Source: a virus. Taken from it: a stretch of DNA of 64,000 bases. The notes under the pieces are model-generated. The model worked only from the letters and a program-made list of their open reading frames with translations. It was not told the origin of the DNA and searched no databases. The stretch covers positions 32,001-96,000 of the IMG/VR virus record IMGVR_UViG_3300045125_000158. One strand, 5' to 3'. This document shows positions 1 to 14,200 of this stretch, in pieces. A program made the position numbers and the translations under genes. Position 1 is the first letter of the stretch; the number at the start of each line of letters is the position of its first letter.

Positions 1-2592
1 GCATTTTTTCAGGCACTATACCTAGCATAAAATGCTTGAGATTAGCGGGGTTTGTTAAAGAAATTTGCTCATTAAATTTACCATAGATATTTGCGGTATT
101 ATGAGACACTTTGGGTGCAGCTTGCCCGCCTGCATATGTTTGGATATTAGTTTCTCCGAGTTTATATGTGCCACATATTGGTATTATGTTATCAAAATAT
201 GGGGTATAGCCATCAATTGTATAAACATTATTGTCTTTTTCGTATTTATAATCACCAACTGGTGTAAACGTTGCCTTCCATGCTTCATATTGCGCATTTA
301 TAAAGAATTCATCATAGACGCCAGAGTTGGGTATGGGCATCTTCAGATCAAAACTCAACTGATAGCTCAATTGATTAAAATTTGCAGCAAATTCATTACC
401 ATGTTCGTCTTTGTTGAATTTATAGTAAGCCATGGCGGTGTCGGCTGATGACTCGCCTTCAATACTAACATATTTCTTGTCATACACGGAAACCTTTCCG
501 TTGCCATCTAAAATTCTTATCCATGTATCTTGTATGCCGTATGCAGGTTCTGAAATTGTAGCTAGTGGTAAATTCGCTTGTGAAATAATATTTTTCTCAA
601 GCATACTTACAAAAGCTTTATTGTTACTTGACTTGCCAGATGAGCCTAAACACGTATAATATAAATTTGATGCACCGCTTCTATCTGACTCCCAAATTAT
701 ATGCAAATCACCAGTTGAGTCACATCGTATCTTTGCGTTTTTATTTTCACCAAGCTCGGTTATTTGTGTCCAACCCGTATTAATTGCGCTTTGACCATAT
801 ATAAATGAATAAAAGAATAGCTGATAAATACCATTAACAGGAGCTTGACAAATTACGTAAACATAATCAACTAAGGTTCCGTTTGCGTCGGCTTTTTTTA
901 CAAGTTGTGACTACCGGATAAACGCAACTTACTTCACGATTGTATATGTCATATATTGCGGGTAGCGGATTACTTATTGGAGTTGCTATGGCATCTAACT
1001 TAGATAGAGTATCAACTACAACATATTTTTGACAATAGTAATTATCATATATTGTTGGTCCAACATCGTTGTTAAAACCATCAGGCATGCTTATGTAAAT
1101 AATATTATTTACAACATCTCTGTTTATAATTGTATGATATTGATACCCAGTTTGTGGCTGTAAAAAAACAACTGTATTTCCAGCGTCATTAACTGCATCA
1201 GCATCACATAATAATTCCAAAGTTTTGCCTGCTCTTAGATTCGCAGCAAAAACACCAGTACCAGTAACTTTGGTCTTTACAGTAAATCTTGTATTTGATT
1301 TTACTTCAAAGTAAGTTCCTTGATCAACTGCTTTTATTTTATTTTCGATAATTCTTGCGTCACTGTTTATGATAGATACAAAAGCCGTAACGACATCACG
1401 AACAGTGCCGGTAATTGCTTGATATTCAATATCAAAAACAACACTTTCTGCAAGTCTAAAAGTAAGAGTGTATTTCTGCCCGACAGCTACTGCCGTTGGA
1501 GTTAAAGCATGAAAATAATCATATGGCTTTATAATAGTACCATCTCTTACGACGTTGCCTTTGTATTTTAGCGATGTTGGCAAACTAGCAACAAAAACTC
1601 TACTTGCTGGATTTGGATTTGTTGCAGAATTTGATTTGCGCCGAAAAAACAGCTAAAGCAGTTCCATCAGTGAATCCAACAACCGATGTTGAATTATAAA
1701 TACGACATGGAGTTGTATTTGTTTTTGGATATACTTCTTTAGAGAAGAACAATAGCCAACTTTAGAATTATAAAAATCAGATGATGAATCACAAATTGAC
1801 ATATCACCAACTACTGCCGAGTTGACGCAGTAATCATCAACTGTTTCCAAAGTTAAACCGGACACTGGTGCTGAATCAATTATTGCGCAAGATGGAGCGT
1901 CTGGCTCATTTGTAGCCTGTAGAGCTTTGATGCCTTGCGGTACATAATGCAAAAAGGCACCCGATCCATGAGGTTTGCTATAATTATCGTTTGCCAAATA
2001 ATAATTTATAGGAAATTTTTGCAAGCTTGTAGATGATTCGGAAGTTCCAGTAATAATGTCTATCTGCGCGAAATGATATACTGCCTTCCCCATCAAAGTT
2101 TGACTTCACTAAAAATCTTTTATTGTTTACTTCAACTTGAAGCTGCGTGTTGGCTGATGTTTTTTACACGTATTGTAGCTTTGTCATTTTTCTGTACTAA
2201 ATGGAGGATATACGGCAATTTTACTACCGCCTTGATTAATGCTTTCTGATTCTATCTGAAAAGCGAAAGCTGCAATATCAACCAGCTTGAATTCATTTTC
2301 CACTTTTTCATATATGTTTGCATAAACCGAAATGACACTACGGCTACTATCCTGTTCAAAAAATTTCAAATCGATTTTACCACGAAGCTCTTTCGTTTTG
2401 CTGACATATATATATTTTCCAGATATGTTGCCTTGTGAAACCTCTAGAATTTCTATCTGCCGATTGCATGTTGCATTTTCAAAGATGATTTTATAATTTT
2501 TATCTTCTTGAAGACCATTAAGGACAAAGTTAATATTATTAACTTGTTTTTTTAAGCGCACTAAATGGCTGTAATTTTAATTTAGCTGACAC
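1..2592 (-). CDS. Large putative virion/tail-associated protein, 3'-truncated by the window edge and frameshifted
   Basis: GTG start at 2592 with GGAG upstream, overlapping the GT4 stop. ORF fragments 2184..2561, 1653..2096 and 867..1583 join through frame changes (e.g. ...VGFTDGTALAVFSAQ / SNSATNPNPASRVFVASLPTSLKY). May be more than one gene. Confidence 0.45.
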
Positions 2593-3684
2593 GATAGACG
2601 CTCTCCATTACTTTGTTGAAACTTTGTGCCGCAACTTCATAATTAAAATTTGCATGTACATATTCATATGCTTTATCGGCTTTGAGTTTAGCCTGATCAT
2701 ATTGCATAAAAACCTGCCTCATAGCATCTTGCAAAGTTTTTTACAGTGACTCTAGGCCACTTTTTATTATTGAATTGCAGTATATTGTCCATGTTTGATT
2801 GCAAAACAAATCCTGATGGCTCTAAAAGTGTGCATTTGTCTTCAGCGGCATAATCTTGACACCCGGAAAAATTAGTTACTATTACCGGAGTTCCTACAGC
2901 CATAGACTGCAAACCAGGCAGCCCGAATCCTTCTCCTAAAGTTGGCATAACTAAACAATCAGCTGATTTATAAAAAGAAGGCAAATGTGCATCATCGAAT
3001 ATTCTACTTTCAAAATAAAATAGGGGGCATTCCTTCTTTAAATTCATACCTAGCCGCATCTTTTCTATATCTTTAGAGGCTTGTTGAGGTTTGTCCGTTT
3101 TTAGTAGAAGTTGCACACTCTCTTTTTGATCAAATTCCTGTAAAAATGCTTCTATAAGAATCGGCCAACCTTTTCTTTTTCTTCCATGTACCAACGAAAA
3201 GAAAAGTGAAACTTATCGTATGCATGCAATTTGGGAATATTTTTATTATAAACATTAACATCAATACAGTGAGGTACATAATACAAAGGTCTTTTTACTC
3301 CAGCATGAGCAAAAATTTTATAATTAAATTGGGAAGGACATATAACCGCATCCATATTGTTCAATATATCAACCCACGCTTTGGGTGGCTCAAAAGTTTC
3401 AAATGTTTGCAAAAGCAATTGCCTTTTCTTTACGAGGATAACGAGAAGTCATAGTAGGTATGCAATGATAAACTTGCACAGCCTTACCTGCACTTTGCTT
3501 CTTTGTTGAAGTCAAGATTGATTTAAGTTTTTTGATCAGACAAAAAATTACTTGTAGGATTGCCATTTAAACAATTTATTTTTATATTATATTTTTTTGT
3601 CAATCCTATCGCGCTGATTAGATCATAAGCGGCTTGCCCGTAGCCGGTTTCATTTAAAAAACAAATATAATCTAAATCAATCAT
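2582..3684 (-). CDS. Glycosyltransferase family 4 (GT-B), frameshifted
   Basis: N-terminus MIDLDYICFLNETGYGQAAYDL, then TFETFEPP..W, ICPSQFN, VPHCID, RKGWPILIEAFLQEF and the EX7E-type motif EGFGLPGLQSMAVGTPVIVTNFSG. ATG at 3684 overlaps the upstream TGA (ATGA). Confidence 0.85.
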
Positions 3685-6600
3685 GTACTAATCACTACAT
3701 CGCCTGACAACTTAGCTCTTACATCATTTACTTTAGCAAAAAGACCGTTGCTCAATTGCCATATAATATTACCATCAGCATCAATTTTTATAACACGACC
3801 AGCATTATTTATAAAAGATGTCTCAGCCACAATTACAAGATTATTTTCGTCTAAAACAGCATCAGATGGATAGGCATTATCAGAAGAATAATATTCAAAT
3901 GTTATACTATTGTCAGACTTATTTATGATTATAGTTTTACCGCCATAACTGGCTAATTTACGAATAGCTTGCTCTTCAAACGTTTCGTTTTCATTATTTC
4001 CTTCGGGCTTGGGTAAAGAGTCCTCTAAAGAATATAATCCAGACACAAGCAACTTATTATCATCAATAGTCATAGCAGAGCCTAAAGTAAAATCAGAAAA
4101 CTGCAAACCATTATAGCTATATATTACGCTTTCAGTCTCATAATCAATTTGCAATAAGGATGGACTTTCAGTTGGCGTTTCCGTGGTAAGAGAAACCGCC
4201 TTTATAGTAAGAATTACTGTTGTGGTTTCCTGTCCGCCTGTGTTGTCAGTAATTGTTATAAGTAATTGGTAAGCACCAATTTGCGTAGTATCAGGCTGAT
4301 TAATATAGATAGTAGTTTGTAATTTTGTTCCATCTGCACTTCTCTCAGAGCCACCACGAGTTACGGTAGAAGTCAAAGTTGATGGAACTTTTAAATCCCA
4401 TAGAGCAGTATAGTTTTCGATTGGCCTACCCGTAACAGGATCCAAAGGTATATCAATAAATGATATAAATGATGTAGCTTGACCAACTGTCACCGTTATC
4501 TTTTTTGTATCTGTTATTTCTGTTTCTATTTTTGTTATTTTAGCGTTACAAATTGTCCATTCTTGATCGCCAGATTTATTTGCATACACAGGATGTTGTA
4601 TATCATTAACATAAGAAAAATCTCCAACAAAAACATTAAGACCGCGATTTGTTAGCAATTTCTTAGCTGAATCGGAGAATTGAAAAGGCGTTTCAAAAAC
4701 ACCAGTAAGCAAATCAACATATACAATAGTATTCACGTCTTGCATTTGTTCGACTTTATCATTGCTTAGAGATATTTCTAATATTTTTGCATTTTTACCA
4801 GCTGCAACAATATTGTCAACGCTACTTAGGTTAATACTTGCACTATTAATCCATAATTTGATTTTAGTAATATCAAAATTTTGCAAATTTACTATTTGAC
4901 TAAAACAAATAGTAAGTATACCCCTGCGAGGATTAAAGACAAGCCGCACAATGGATAAAATGCAGAAAGATCATCAACATTATGCCCGCCTAATCCTCTT
5001 ACTAATTGTCCATCATAAGTAGTTTCTATAACACGATCATTTAAAGTATCACAAATCAAAAAATTTCTATTTATTAATCTATAAACAGAATAAGGAGTAT
5101 CAAACCCTGGTTTATATGTATTATTTACAATACTCAAAGCCTGAACTGGTGATAAAAGATTTTTAAATTTAAACCCCCTGAATCCAGTAAGAGCAATGCC
5201 TTGCGGATCGTTTTGATTGATACCATTTTGATAGATGTAATACAAGTCACCAACTGACACCGGATCTTCAAGAACTAGGTTATATACGCTACTGTTAATA
5301 ATATCTTTTTCTATCTTTTGATTTATATAATGACCTCTATTCCATGTATCCGAATTATTAATATTGAATCCAACCGTTTCAGAAGATACAAGATATTGCA
5401 ATTCCAAGCTCTTTAGAACCGGAGTCCGAGTTCTATCTGTTGAGGAAACTAATATTACATCTATCTCTGCATCAGTCCTGTTTGTGCAAAAACATCACCC
5501 GAATTCAAAGTTAATGAATAAGTAGCGCGATCAAGCAATTGTGTTGAATTGGCCGTTCTTATGCGAACTCTAACATCACATCCATCAGGTATATCTGCAT
5601 CGTACATAATTGTATTATATAACACAGGAACATTACTGCTATGTCTAAACCTAATAAAACCAGTTGCAGGATACAAACTCTGCGTTCTTATAAAAATATT
5701 ATCTATCCAAAAAATCTGTTTACTTGATGAGTCATCAGTATAAAAAACTATTGCTGTTATATTATTCTTAGCTACACTACTGATATCAAATATTCGTCTC
5801 TCAAAACCATTAAAAGACGGATCAAAATTATCTGTAATCTCATCAGCACCAAGAATAAGAAAATCATTGGATTTTTCTTCTGTAGTTCCATCAGTGTTTA
5901 TCAAATACATATAAACAGCACCATGCGATATAGACAGACTTTTAACATCAAGTATCAATTCGTCATAGTCAGTCCAATCATTATTTTCTGAACTTTCTTG
6001 CTATATAGTATTCTTATTTCACGATCAGTTGTGAATTTACCACTGTAAAATCCTTGCGTTTTACGCGACAAAGTATCATCTGCTACTATTTTAATATCAT
6101 CTGTAACTATTTCTGTGGTTGCTGAAAAAGTTGGAATTGCAGCACCGGCTTTCGCAACATTTTCAAAATCTTCTACTTGAGATGCAGTTGTGCCGCCTTT
6201 AGTTAAAGAAACAGTATTCCTTGCTATTGATACATTAATCCTGTCATACGCATTAGAAAATGCAGAATTAGTTTCATAGAAAATTGAATTAATAGACCCT
6301 TGCGCTTACTGGCTTACCAGATATGCAATGTGTTGCCAAATTTATATTTGCAGTCGATGATTGAAAATCTATTCCAGCATCTGGCGTAATACCGGGATAA
6401 CAAACTAGCAAATTTGGAAAGTCAACAAGATCAGTCAAATTTAAATCAGTTATGCTAGCCAAATAATGCTGTGTTGTAATCAACTTCATGGTATTAACAG
6501 CAGCAACCTCACCAAGCAGCTGTCTATTGCCAGATGATATTAACCTAGTAAAAGAATCAAGGGCGGCGTGCGTCAATAAACCAGTATTTTGCAAATCATT

Positions 6601-7232
6601 GTGATCAAGCTGCGGTATGCGTTCTGGAGACACTTTGCCGCTTACAATTTTTGCAGCATCAAAGTCAGCAATTCTCGCACCTGATAATTGATTTCTAGTC
6701 TCAGCTTGCAAGTCAATTTTACTTGGGAACCACGATGTTTATGAGTAGCTACTTCATCTTTTATGAATTGCAAAAACTTATTTCACGTTTACTTTCATAC
6801 GTAATGCTAGTTACTCCGCTTGAATTAAGTAGTAACTGTGCCAAGATAAACATATTGCTGAACTGGTGTTGTTGTAAAACCAAAAACAACACTTCTATCT
6901 ATATTAAGAAAATCATTATTACGGTTTACATAAAAATAAAGTGTTGAATTGGGTGGTAAATCGCTTATTATCTCTACACTATCAGTTTGTCCATATTGGC
7001 TTTGTACAAAACCATATCCAGGTGCAATGCCAACAGAAAATGGCGTACTATCACTATTGGCAGATATAGACCAACCGTCTATTACTCCATCGCCAAAAAT
7101 ATTATATAAACCATATATTTGTTTATCAATAAATACAAATCTGTCACGCTCTTTGGCGATATTCATTCCATCATCCAAATCATCGCCGTACGTGAAATAT
7201 GTTAAGCCATAGAAGGCGGTATTACCTGACAT
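3681..7232 (-). CDS. Large (~1180 aa) putative virion structural protein with a C-terminal beta-propeller-like region, frameshifted
   Basis: ORFs 6825..7232, 6289..6711, 5461..5958, 4892..5407 and 3681..4949 read into one another across indels. NHL/PQQ-like blades such as LICDTLNDRVIET and IVAETS..GRVIKIDADGNIIWQ. Lies distal to the tape measure gene. Confidence 0.5.
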
Positions 7233-7244
7233 AGAAACTCCGGA

Positions 7245-10200
7245 TTATGGACCTACTGTTCCTCTAGAATTCAAACCTGGCAATTGCACACCTTTAGGAA
7301 ATGTTCCTTTTGTGCCCTTATAGAAAAAATCGGTTTTTCTATAACCAAATCTATAATCTCTTGAATTTAAATACTCATTTGACATTCTATCATTTTTTAC
7401 TTGATTCATCCATTTACTTCATTGCAGCAGAGGCATTATTTAAGCTCATCTTATACTCCTTATTTATTGCTTACCAAGCCGTCAAGACCAACGCCAGTGG
7501 TTTTAGTTTTATTGAAAGTTACATTCTTGCTGCTAAACAACCAAATACCTTCAATATTTTGTTGCCATTTATTACTAGAAGCATCAACTTCATTTTTTAT
7601 ACTTGTGATGATTAATGGTTGTTTTTGATCTGTCGTTGATCCAAAATATTGAAATGTTATTGCGTCTAGAACTTTTAATTTATTACGACCAGTAGCTTTA
7701 AAGCTAATTTTTAATGGCGGTATATACATTTTGTATATTTTGATACAAAAGACTTTAAAGTATCTTCGCTTCCAAAGACACCATCTTGTTGTCTAAATAA
7801 TTTTTTATAACCTATAAAAACCTTCACTGTCAGGATTGTATAGAGATGCATAATTTAGATCGCCCGCCAACAATAATTCACCATTAGGGGTTGCTGTAAC
7901 TATTTTAATTTCATTTTTAACATCTTCAACAAGTCTTTCGGTCGTAAAACTTTCAATCGCCAACAGTTTTGCTTTTTCATACGCATTTCCTTGGCACCTT
8001 ACCTGCGTTCGAGAAACAGGGACACCAGCAGCTTCATCATCAGCTTTTTTGGGTATATTCTTCGACTTCACGATGCGATACAACATAACAGTTCTTCTTT
8101 GCTCGCTCGTATATATTATTTAAAGCCTCTTGTCTCAAGTTGATTAATTTTTTGTTGAACACCATTTTGCAAAACATGCAGATAATCATCAAAAATTTGA
8201 TTCTCATATTTGAAAACACCAAATCTATCAAAGTAACAAATTTTACTTGATATTAACGATATCTTTTCGATCGCGCTCCATAAACTTTCTCCATCACCAA
8301 ATTTAAACATAGGTGCCTGTAATATATCAAAACTACCAGGTAATACAAAGTTTCTTACTTTTATTTTTTCACCATTGAAAATATAATTTGTTGACACGTT
8401 GTTTTTGGTAATATCATAGTTGTCCACACACATTTTCATAAAAGAGCCGGGTTCAAATGTGCGCTTCCATTATCACTTCCATTTCGCAAACCAGCTAATT
8501 TTAGAATTTCATCTATTGCAAAAATATCCGTCATACGGTCATAGAAAGGGCTATTGAAAAATACCTGATCTTGCAATATTTTAGAATAATCATGCAAAGT
8601 GCAATTTAATACTTCTTTATTATTCTCAACCACATATTGACCACCATGACACAATCCTGTGAAAGCTATTCTATCCAATTTATTCTCTGGCGTTTCAGGA
8701 TCCCAGGCATTTTCCCACCATAAACTAACCTGTAAATAAAATGTTTTATCTACAAGTTGATTAAAGAAATTTGCATAAAAAATATCATTTGCATTTTTAG
8801 CAGTTTTTATAAGAAAAGAAATACTACCTGAATGCGAGAGTTTTGTCAAAATCTGTTTGCGACCATTCGTCATTAAAAGACATCACATAATCGCTCACGT
8901 CCACTGGCTGCTTGTTCCATGCACGACCTTTGGCATATGCATTTACTCTAACAAAACTTAAAACTGGAGTATCAGCGTTTTCTAGCCACCAATCAGCACC
9001 AAAATTATCAATATCAGGGAAGAAAATAGCACCAGCTTGCATCCTTGCTGCAATTTTTACTTGTTTATTATATTTTTGATCTATTAAAACTGTTTTTGAA
9101 TTTTTGGCTTTGGCTCTTCTGTGCTATCCGGATCGTCAACCAATACAATTTCTTTTACAAAACAATTAGATGGTAAAACAAGTAATCGCGTATAATATCG
9201 AGATGCTTTCAAATGATAGGCATCTTGATTCGGTGAAAAAAGCAAAGAATTAGCAAAATGATATTTATAGTCTGACGAAGGCTCGTTATCAGCCGAAGCA
9301 GCTGCCTCTTCCTTCCTTGGTCTCTTGTTTCTTCATCTAAATTAAATGCATTGTCAAAATTGCATGCGGTTTTATATTGTGGATTTTCGGAAAATGCTTT
9401 TTCAAAATATTCTGTAGCATAATTACTTTGGTAATAAGGTCTTATATAAGATTGGTATCCAAGACGAAATTCTGTACTTTTCTTCTCGTGCAACAAAAAC
9501 TCCGACTTCATCATAATCAGCCGGTCCTTGTATGTTTACGCGATCCATATCAAATATTGGAGCAGTTTCATAAACAATTGGCGTATAATTGAATGCAAAA
9601 TTTCTTATTTCCACCATATACAAAAATACTCGATAATATAAATTTAAATGGATATGTTGGTGTTTCGATATTTGTAAAGGCTGTTTCAGCATTAGCTACT
9701 GGTGGTTTAGTTCGCGTATTTGTAACAATCCAGTAACTACCTTCATTACCAAGAAAAGTTATAATTAATTTGCCAAGATGCACTCTGAAATTTATTTTAA
9801 GATGCTCACGAGACAATAAATCTGCTGACGTAACAAAATCACATGTTGAAATTGGAATAGCGCCCAGTATCCCAAATATAAGATGCTCTCGTGCTGTTAA
9901 CTATTCCACCCTCAATCGTAGTGCTGCACGATGTATTTTCACCTAGTTTAGTTGTATCAACTGTCTTTTTTCCACATAAGGGTAGATAACCTTCATCTCT
10001 AAATATAGTTGGTGGCAAATTTTCTGCAATAAGTAAAAATAATTTTGATTTTTGCACCAAAAAGCTCTGGAGTAGTATCAAGAGGCAACTGCACAAATAT
10101 ATATACCTGTCCAGCTAAATCAAAAATACGCTTGCGTTCCGCATCGGCATTTTTATATTGTTTTTCATCATAATTGCCTTGGCTATCATATCCAGCACAA

Positions 10201-11256
10201 TCGCTTGTTTTGTTGTTTTGATAGGATCAAGCCACGCAAATTCAGGCAGCATCCTGTATTGCTGTTTTGGATCTGCAAGTCTAAAAGCCTCTGGTGATTG
10301 CGGTAAGAACGAAAGAGCTAAATCCCATATTTGGAGCAAGCATCAGTCTTTTACATAATCCCAATGTAACCCAGGATTTATGCCGTCAACTTGCCATATA
10401 TAATTTGAATTATAAGCAAACCCTTGTTGATTATCCAAAGAAAGCGATTCCGCTATCTGAATTGGATCATTCAACGCATCAATTCCCAACAAAACCGGAG
10501 CAAGAATTCTGCTGTCATTCACAAGATTATTTAGGCTCTGATTTCCATCCTTTTTTGACCAGCATTTGCATATGCAGCATCAGATAAAATTGTTTTTGTA
10601 TTACCTAGTCTTACTACTGTATATCCCCATTGTGGCCTAAAAAATTTGGCTAAATCATCAAAATTATTTACAATTACTCTTTCATTGTAATCAATAAAAG
10701 ATGTCGTTTCGCTATCATATAAAGAACCATGCACAACAAAAGTCTGATGAGAGCCTATGGCGTTTCCCTCTACAACCTTGCCATTATTTATCGTAAGGTG
10801 ATTATTGCCTTGTTTTAATTTATAGCTATCTAAAAATCTATAGTTTACTAAGTTTAGTTGGAATGGTATGTCATAATTTCTTTGCGATAAATTGGTTTTT
10901 TTAAGAAAACTCGCCCAGCTTTTTCCATTTACCATAGTTTCTGTCAAATTTGCAAAAGATAGCTGATTGCCTACTCTAGCTGGCTTGAATTCAGCCAAGT
11001 ATGTATCCAGATAAAAATTTTCAATAGGCTTCAAAAAAGTACCATCGTTGCCAGGCAATCCAGCAAGATTTTGTTTGTTGTAATCAGCTACTGCATTTAA
11101 AGTTTCAGGCGATAACTGTAAAATAAATTCCTGTCTTACTCTTTCGTATATAGGACAAGTATTCCAAATTATACATTTACATTTTACCCTTCCAGGGCTA
11201 AATGGAGATAATGCAACTTCGTTACATGAATTTATTTTTTCATTATTATCAGCCAT
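7245..11256 (-). CDS. Large (~1330 aa) tail-tip/baseplate hub-like protein, frameshifted
   Basis: Chain of fragments from 10531..11256 to 7460..7729, ending ...SRGTVGP* at 7245. Hub-like segments FGDGESLWSAIEKISLISSKICYFDRFGVFKY and PLKISFKATGRNKLKVLDAI. Located downstream of the tape measure gene. Confidence 0.5.
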
Positions 11257-14200
11257 TATTTATCCTATTTCTATACTGAATATCAAGACTTGGAGTTCGA
11301 GCAAATGTAAAACCCTGCAAATTACCATAGTAATCTATGTAGAAGAAACGCATCAAACCATTTGTCAAAGGATAACCTAAACATTGATATTCAGACAAAG
11401 CAAAGATTGGATTTTTTTGTCAGCAAATATACCCCAATCATCATAATTATAATATGGGAAAATAAAATGATTTCCTTTACCCGCCATATGTGGTATTAAC
11501 TCGTCGGGTATTAAGCCAGAGATAAATACTGGCTTAGTTTCTTCACTATCTGGATCTAAGGCCTGTTGCAAATTTGTTTTTTTATTACCGCTTGTGTTTT
11601 TATCTATAGAATATGTTTTGCCTTCAAATTTTCTCATGAACAACATTCCATCACACAAATATGTAAAATAAACAGTATCAGAATAAATGTCGTAACCAAA
11701 TCCAAGATTACTTATAGAACGATACTCTTGTGACTGCACATTTTTATGTATAAATAAGTTTTGAAGCTCAGAATACCAAGAGTTTCCATTATTACTACTT
11801 TTGCGTTGGTATAAACCACCATTTAAAGCGTAAAGCAAATTCATTTGACCCGATCTGTCTTTATATACAAAAAAATCTACATTTGCAAAACCTCTTTCAA
11901 GGTCATAAAAATCACCCAACACCGTAATTCTTGCATGTCTGGATATCCTTTTTTCTATTCTTTTATTTGTAATTGATAACTCATTAGTTAAATATTTACC
12001 CGTAGTATTGCCTATCGCAACATAACCTAAAGATGCCCTCATCGCTATTCCTGCATCGGAAAAATGATATAGACCATAATGCACTGGTGTATTTTCATCA
12101 ATAACAATTGGTCTTACGTAACCTAAGGATGCATCAGATATATTAAAATTGCTTACATCAATGGGCTTGTGCATAAGATTTCCATTCAAGGTATAAAACA
12201 AATGTATAGTGTTTGTTGCAAAATCACTATAAACGAAATGGATTTTCCAAAAACTTCCTTATAAGAAGTTCTAACAATAGCTTTAAAATCATACCATTTT
12301 ACGCCAAGATTTGTTGACATTAGACATGATATTTCTTTTTCTACATCAGCTGAGGAAACCAGGCCCAGAAAGCCACTGCGGTATGAGTTCCGTCGTTTTT
12401 GCGATTATTTTTTTCTAACGCTCCATCTCTTGCTTTGAGATCTTCATAAAATATATAAATATTTTGCGAGTTATCAAAACATGTACTAACTTTTTGCGTT
12501 GCGATTTTGTGCGCAGTTATATTCATCTTCATATAGATAATCACTACATATTATTTGCAAATTATCAATAAATACGCACGGCCTTTGTCGTAGCTGAAAA
12601 GGCTTGAGCAAAGTATAATCCATATCAACTTTTATTTCAAAGTTGATTTTCTTATAATTATCAATAATATCCTTGCCTTCTGCAAAATCTATACTTATTT
12701 GATCAATTACCTTATTTGCATACGGAAATACTAGTGATATAAAACGCGATTCATCTACTCTGAATTTATCAGTTATTTTTTCATATGTAGAACCGTTAGC
12801 AGAAACAGAATATAAAGCATATGTATTCTTCAAAAGTTAAAGTACCTTTTATTATCAACTGCCCAATGTAAATAGGAGAAACTTGACCTCTTCCATCAAC
12901 ATTAATAGAATTAAAGTTTAATTCATCTATATTTACAAAATAAGCCTTCCAAACCATCAGAAAAAATTATCTTGTTACGTTTCTGCCATTCACTTGCATT
13001 GCTTTCATATAATACAAATTTATATTTTTTGTACTTTTGAAGAAATAGATTTTTGTTCCGGGGAAAAACCAGACAAAACACCAATTTCATTAAGATAAAT
13101 TTCTTTACCTCGAAAATAACCTGGTCTATCACCAAGCAATCTATCGAAACCTGGATCTTCAAGGTTTTTGTCATAAGTATGCATTTGAATTACCAGCTGA
13201 TAAAATTCCATTTGTACCAACCGTAGTTCCGTCTGCAAAATCAACAATAGGCAATTTATTTCCATTAGCATAAAGTCTATTAACATCATATGTAGAGTTA
13301 AGAACATTTTGTAATTGATCAATAACTATTTCATTGTCCAATATTCTATATTTTACAATATTCGTATCGATATCCGTATATGCAATGCAAGCGTATTTGT
13401 TATAGGCATCGGATGCAACTGCAAAGTTTGGAGAAGTAAAAGCTTTCGTACCAACCCAAATGCCCCCATTTTTGCGAATTGGATTATATTGTTGAAATGT
13501 CTCAACATAAATTCTTGTGCGAGTTGACAATTTTTTCTTCTGGAAAAATTTCTGGGGTTCTCATCAAAGCATCTGCAGTTATAGATCCTTTTGTACCTAT
13601 TCCTAGAATAGGATTTTCTCCAGTATTACCTCCTGGAGTAACATCGTTTGTAAAAGAGGGATTGCAAGCTATGTTACTTGGCTTACCATTTACGGCAATA
13701 GAATCAAATTTCGAACCAGTGAGATCTAGTCTTGCTACCCACTCCTGTACTTCATCTATAGAATTATTTGCCGCAATTCTTCCAACAAAAGACTGAAATG
13801 ATTCTAAATTGAATTTATTTTCCAAACTTGCTTTGACAAGATCTAACCTATAATATGATCCAGTATTTTCGCGTAATACAAAATCTAATTTACTTTTATT
13901 TGGATTGTCTAAACTTTTTTGATATCAACAACTGGTGATTTAAACTTTTTTAACGAATTAGCAAGTCTTCTTTCATAACCAAATTTTTCATTATCAGTAT
14001 AAAGTGTATTTATAAATTCATCTACATCAAAATAAAAATCATCAAATAAATTCTTTTTAGCAATTTCAACGTTTATTGTACCGTCTGGATTATAGGCAGG
14101 ACCAACCTCTTTTTTTATTTCTACTAACACTGAATCAAATGTTGCAATATCCCGCACGCTTGCGCGAGGCACTAATACAATAACTTCGTCATTTTTGCTA

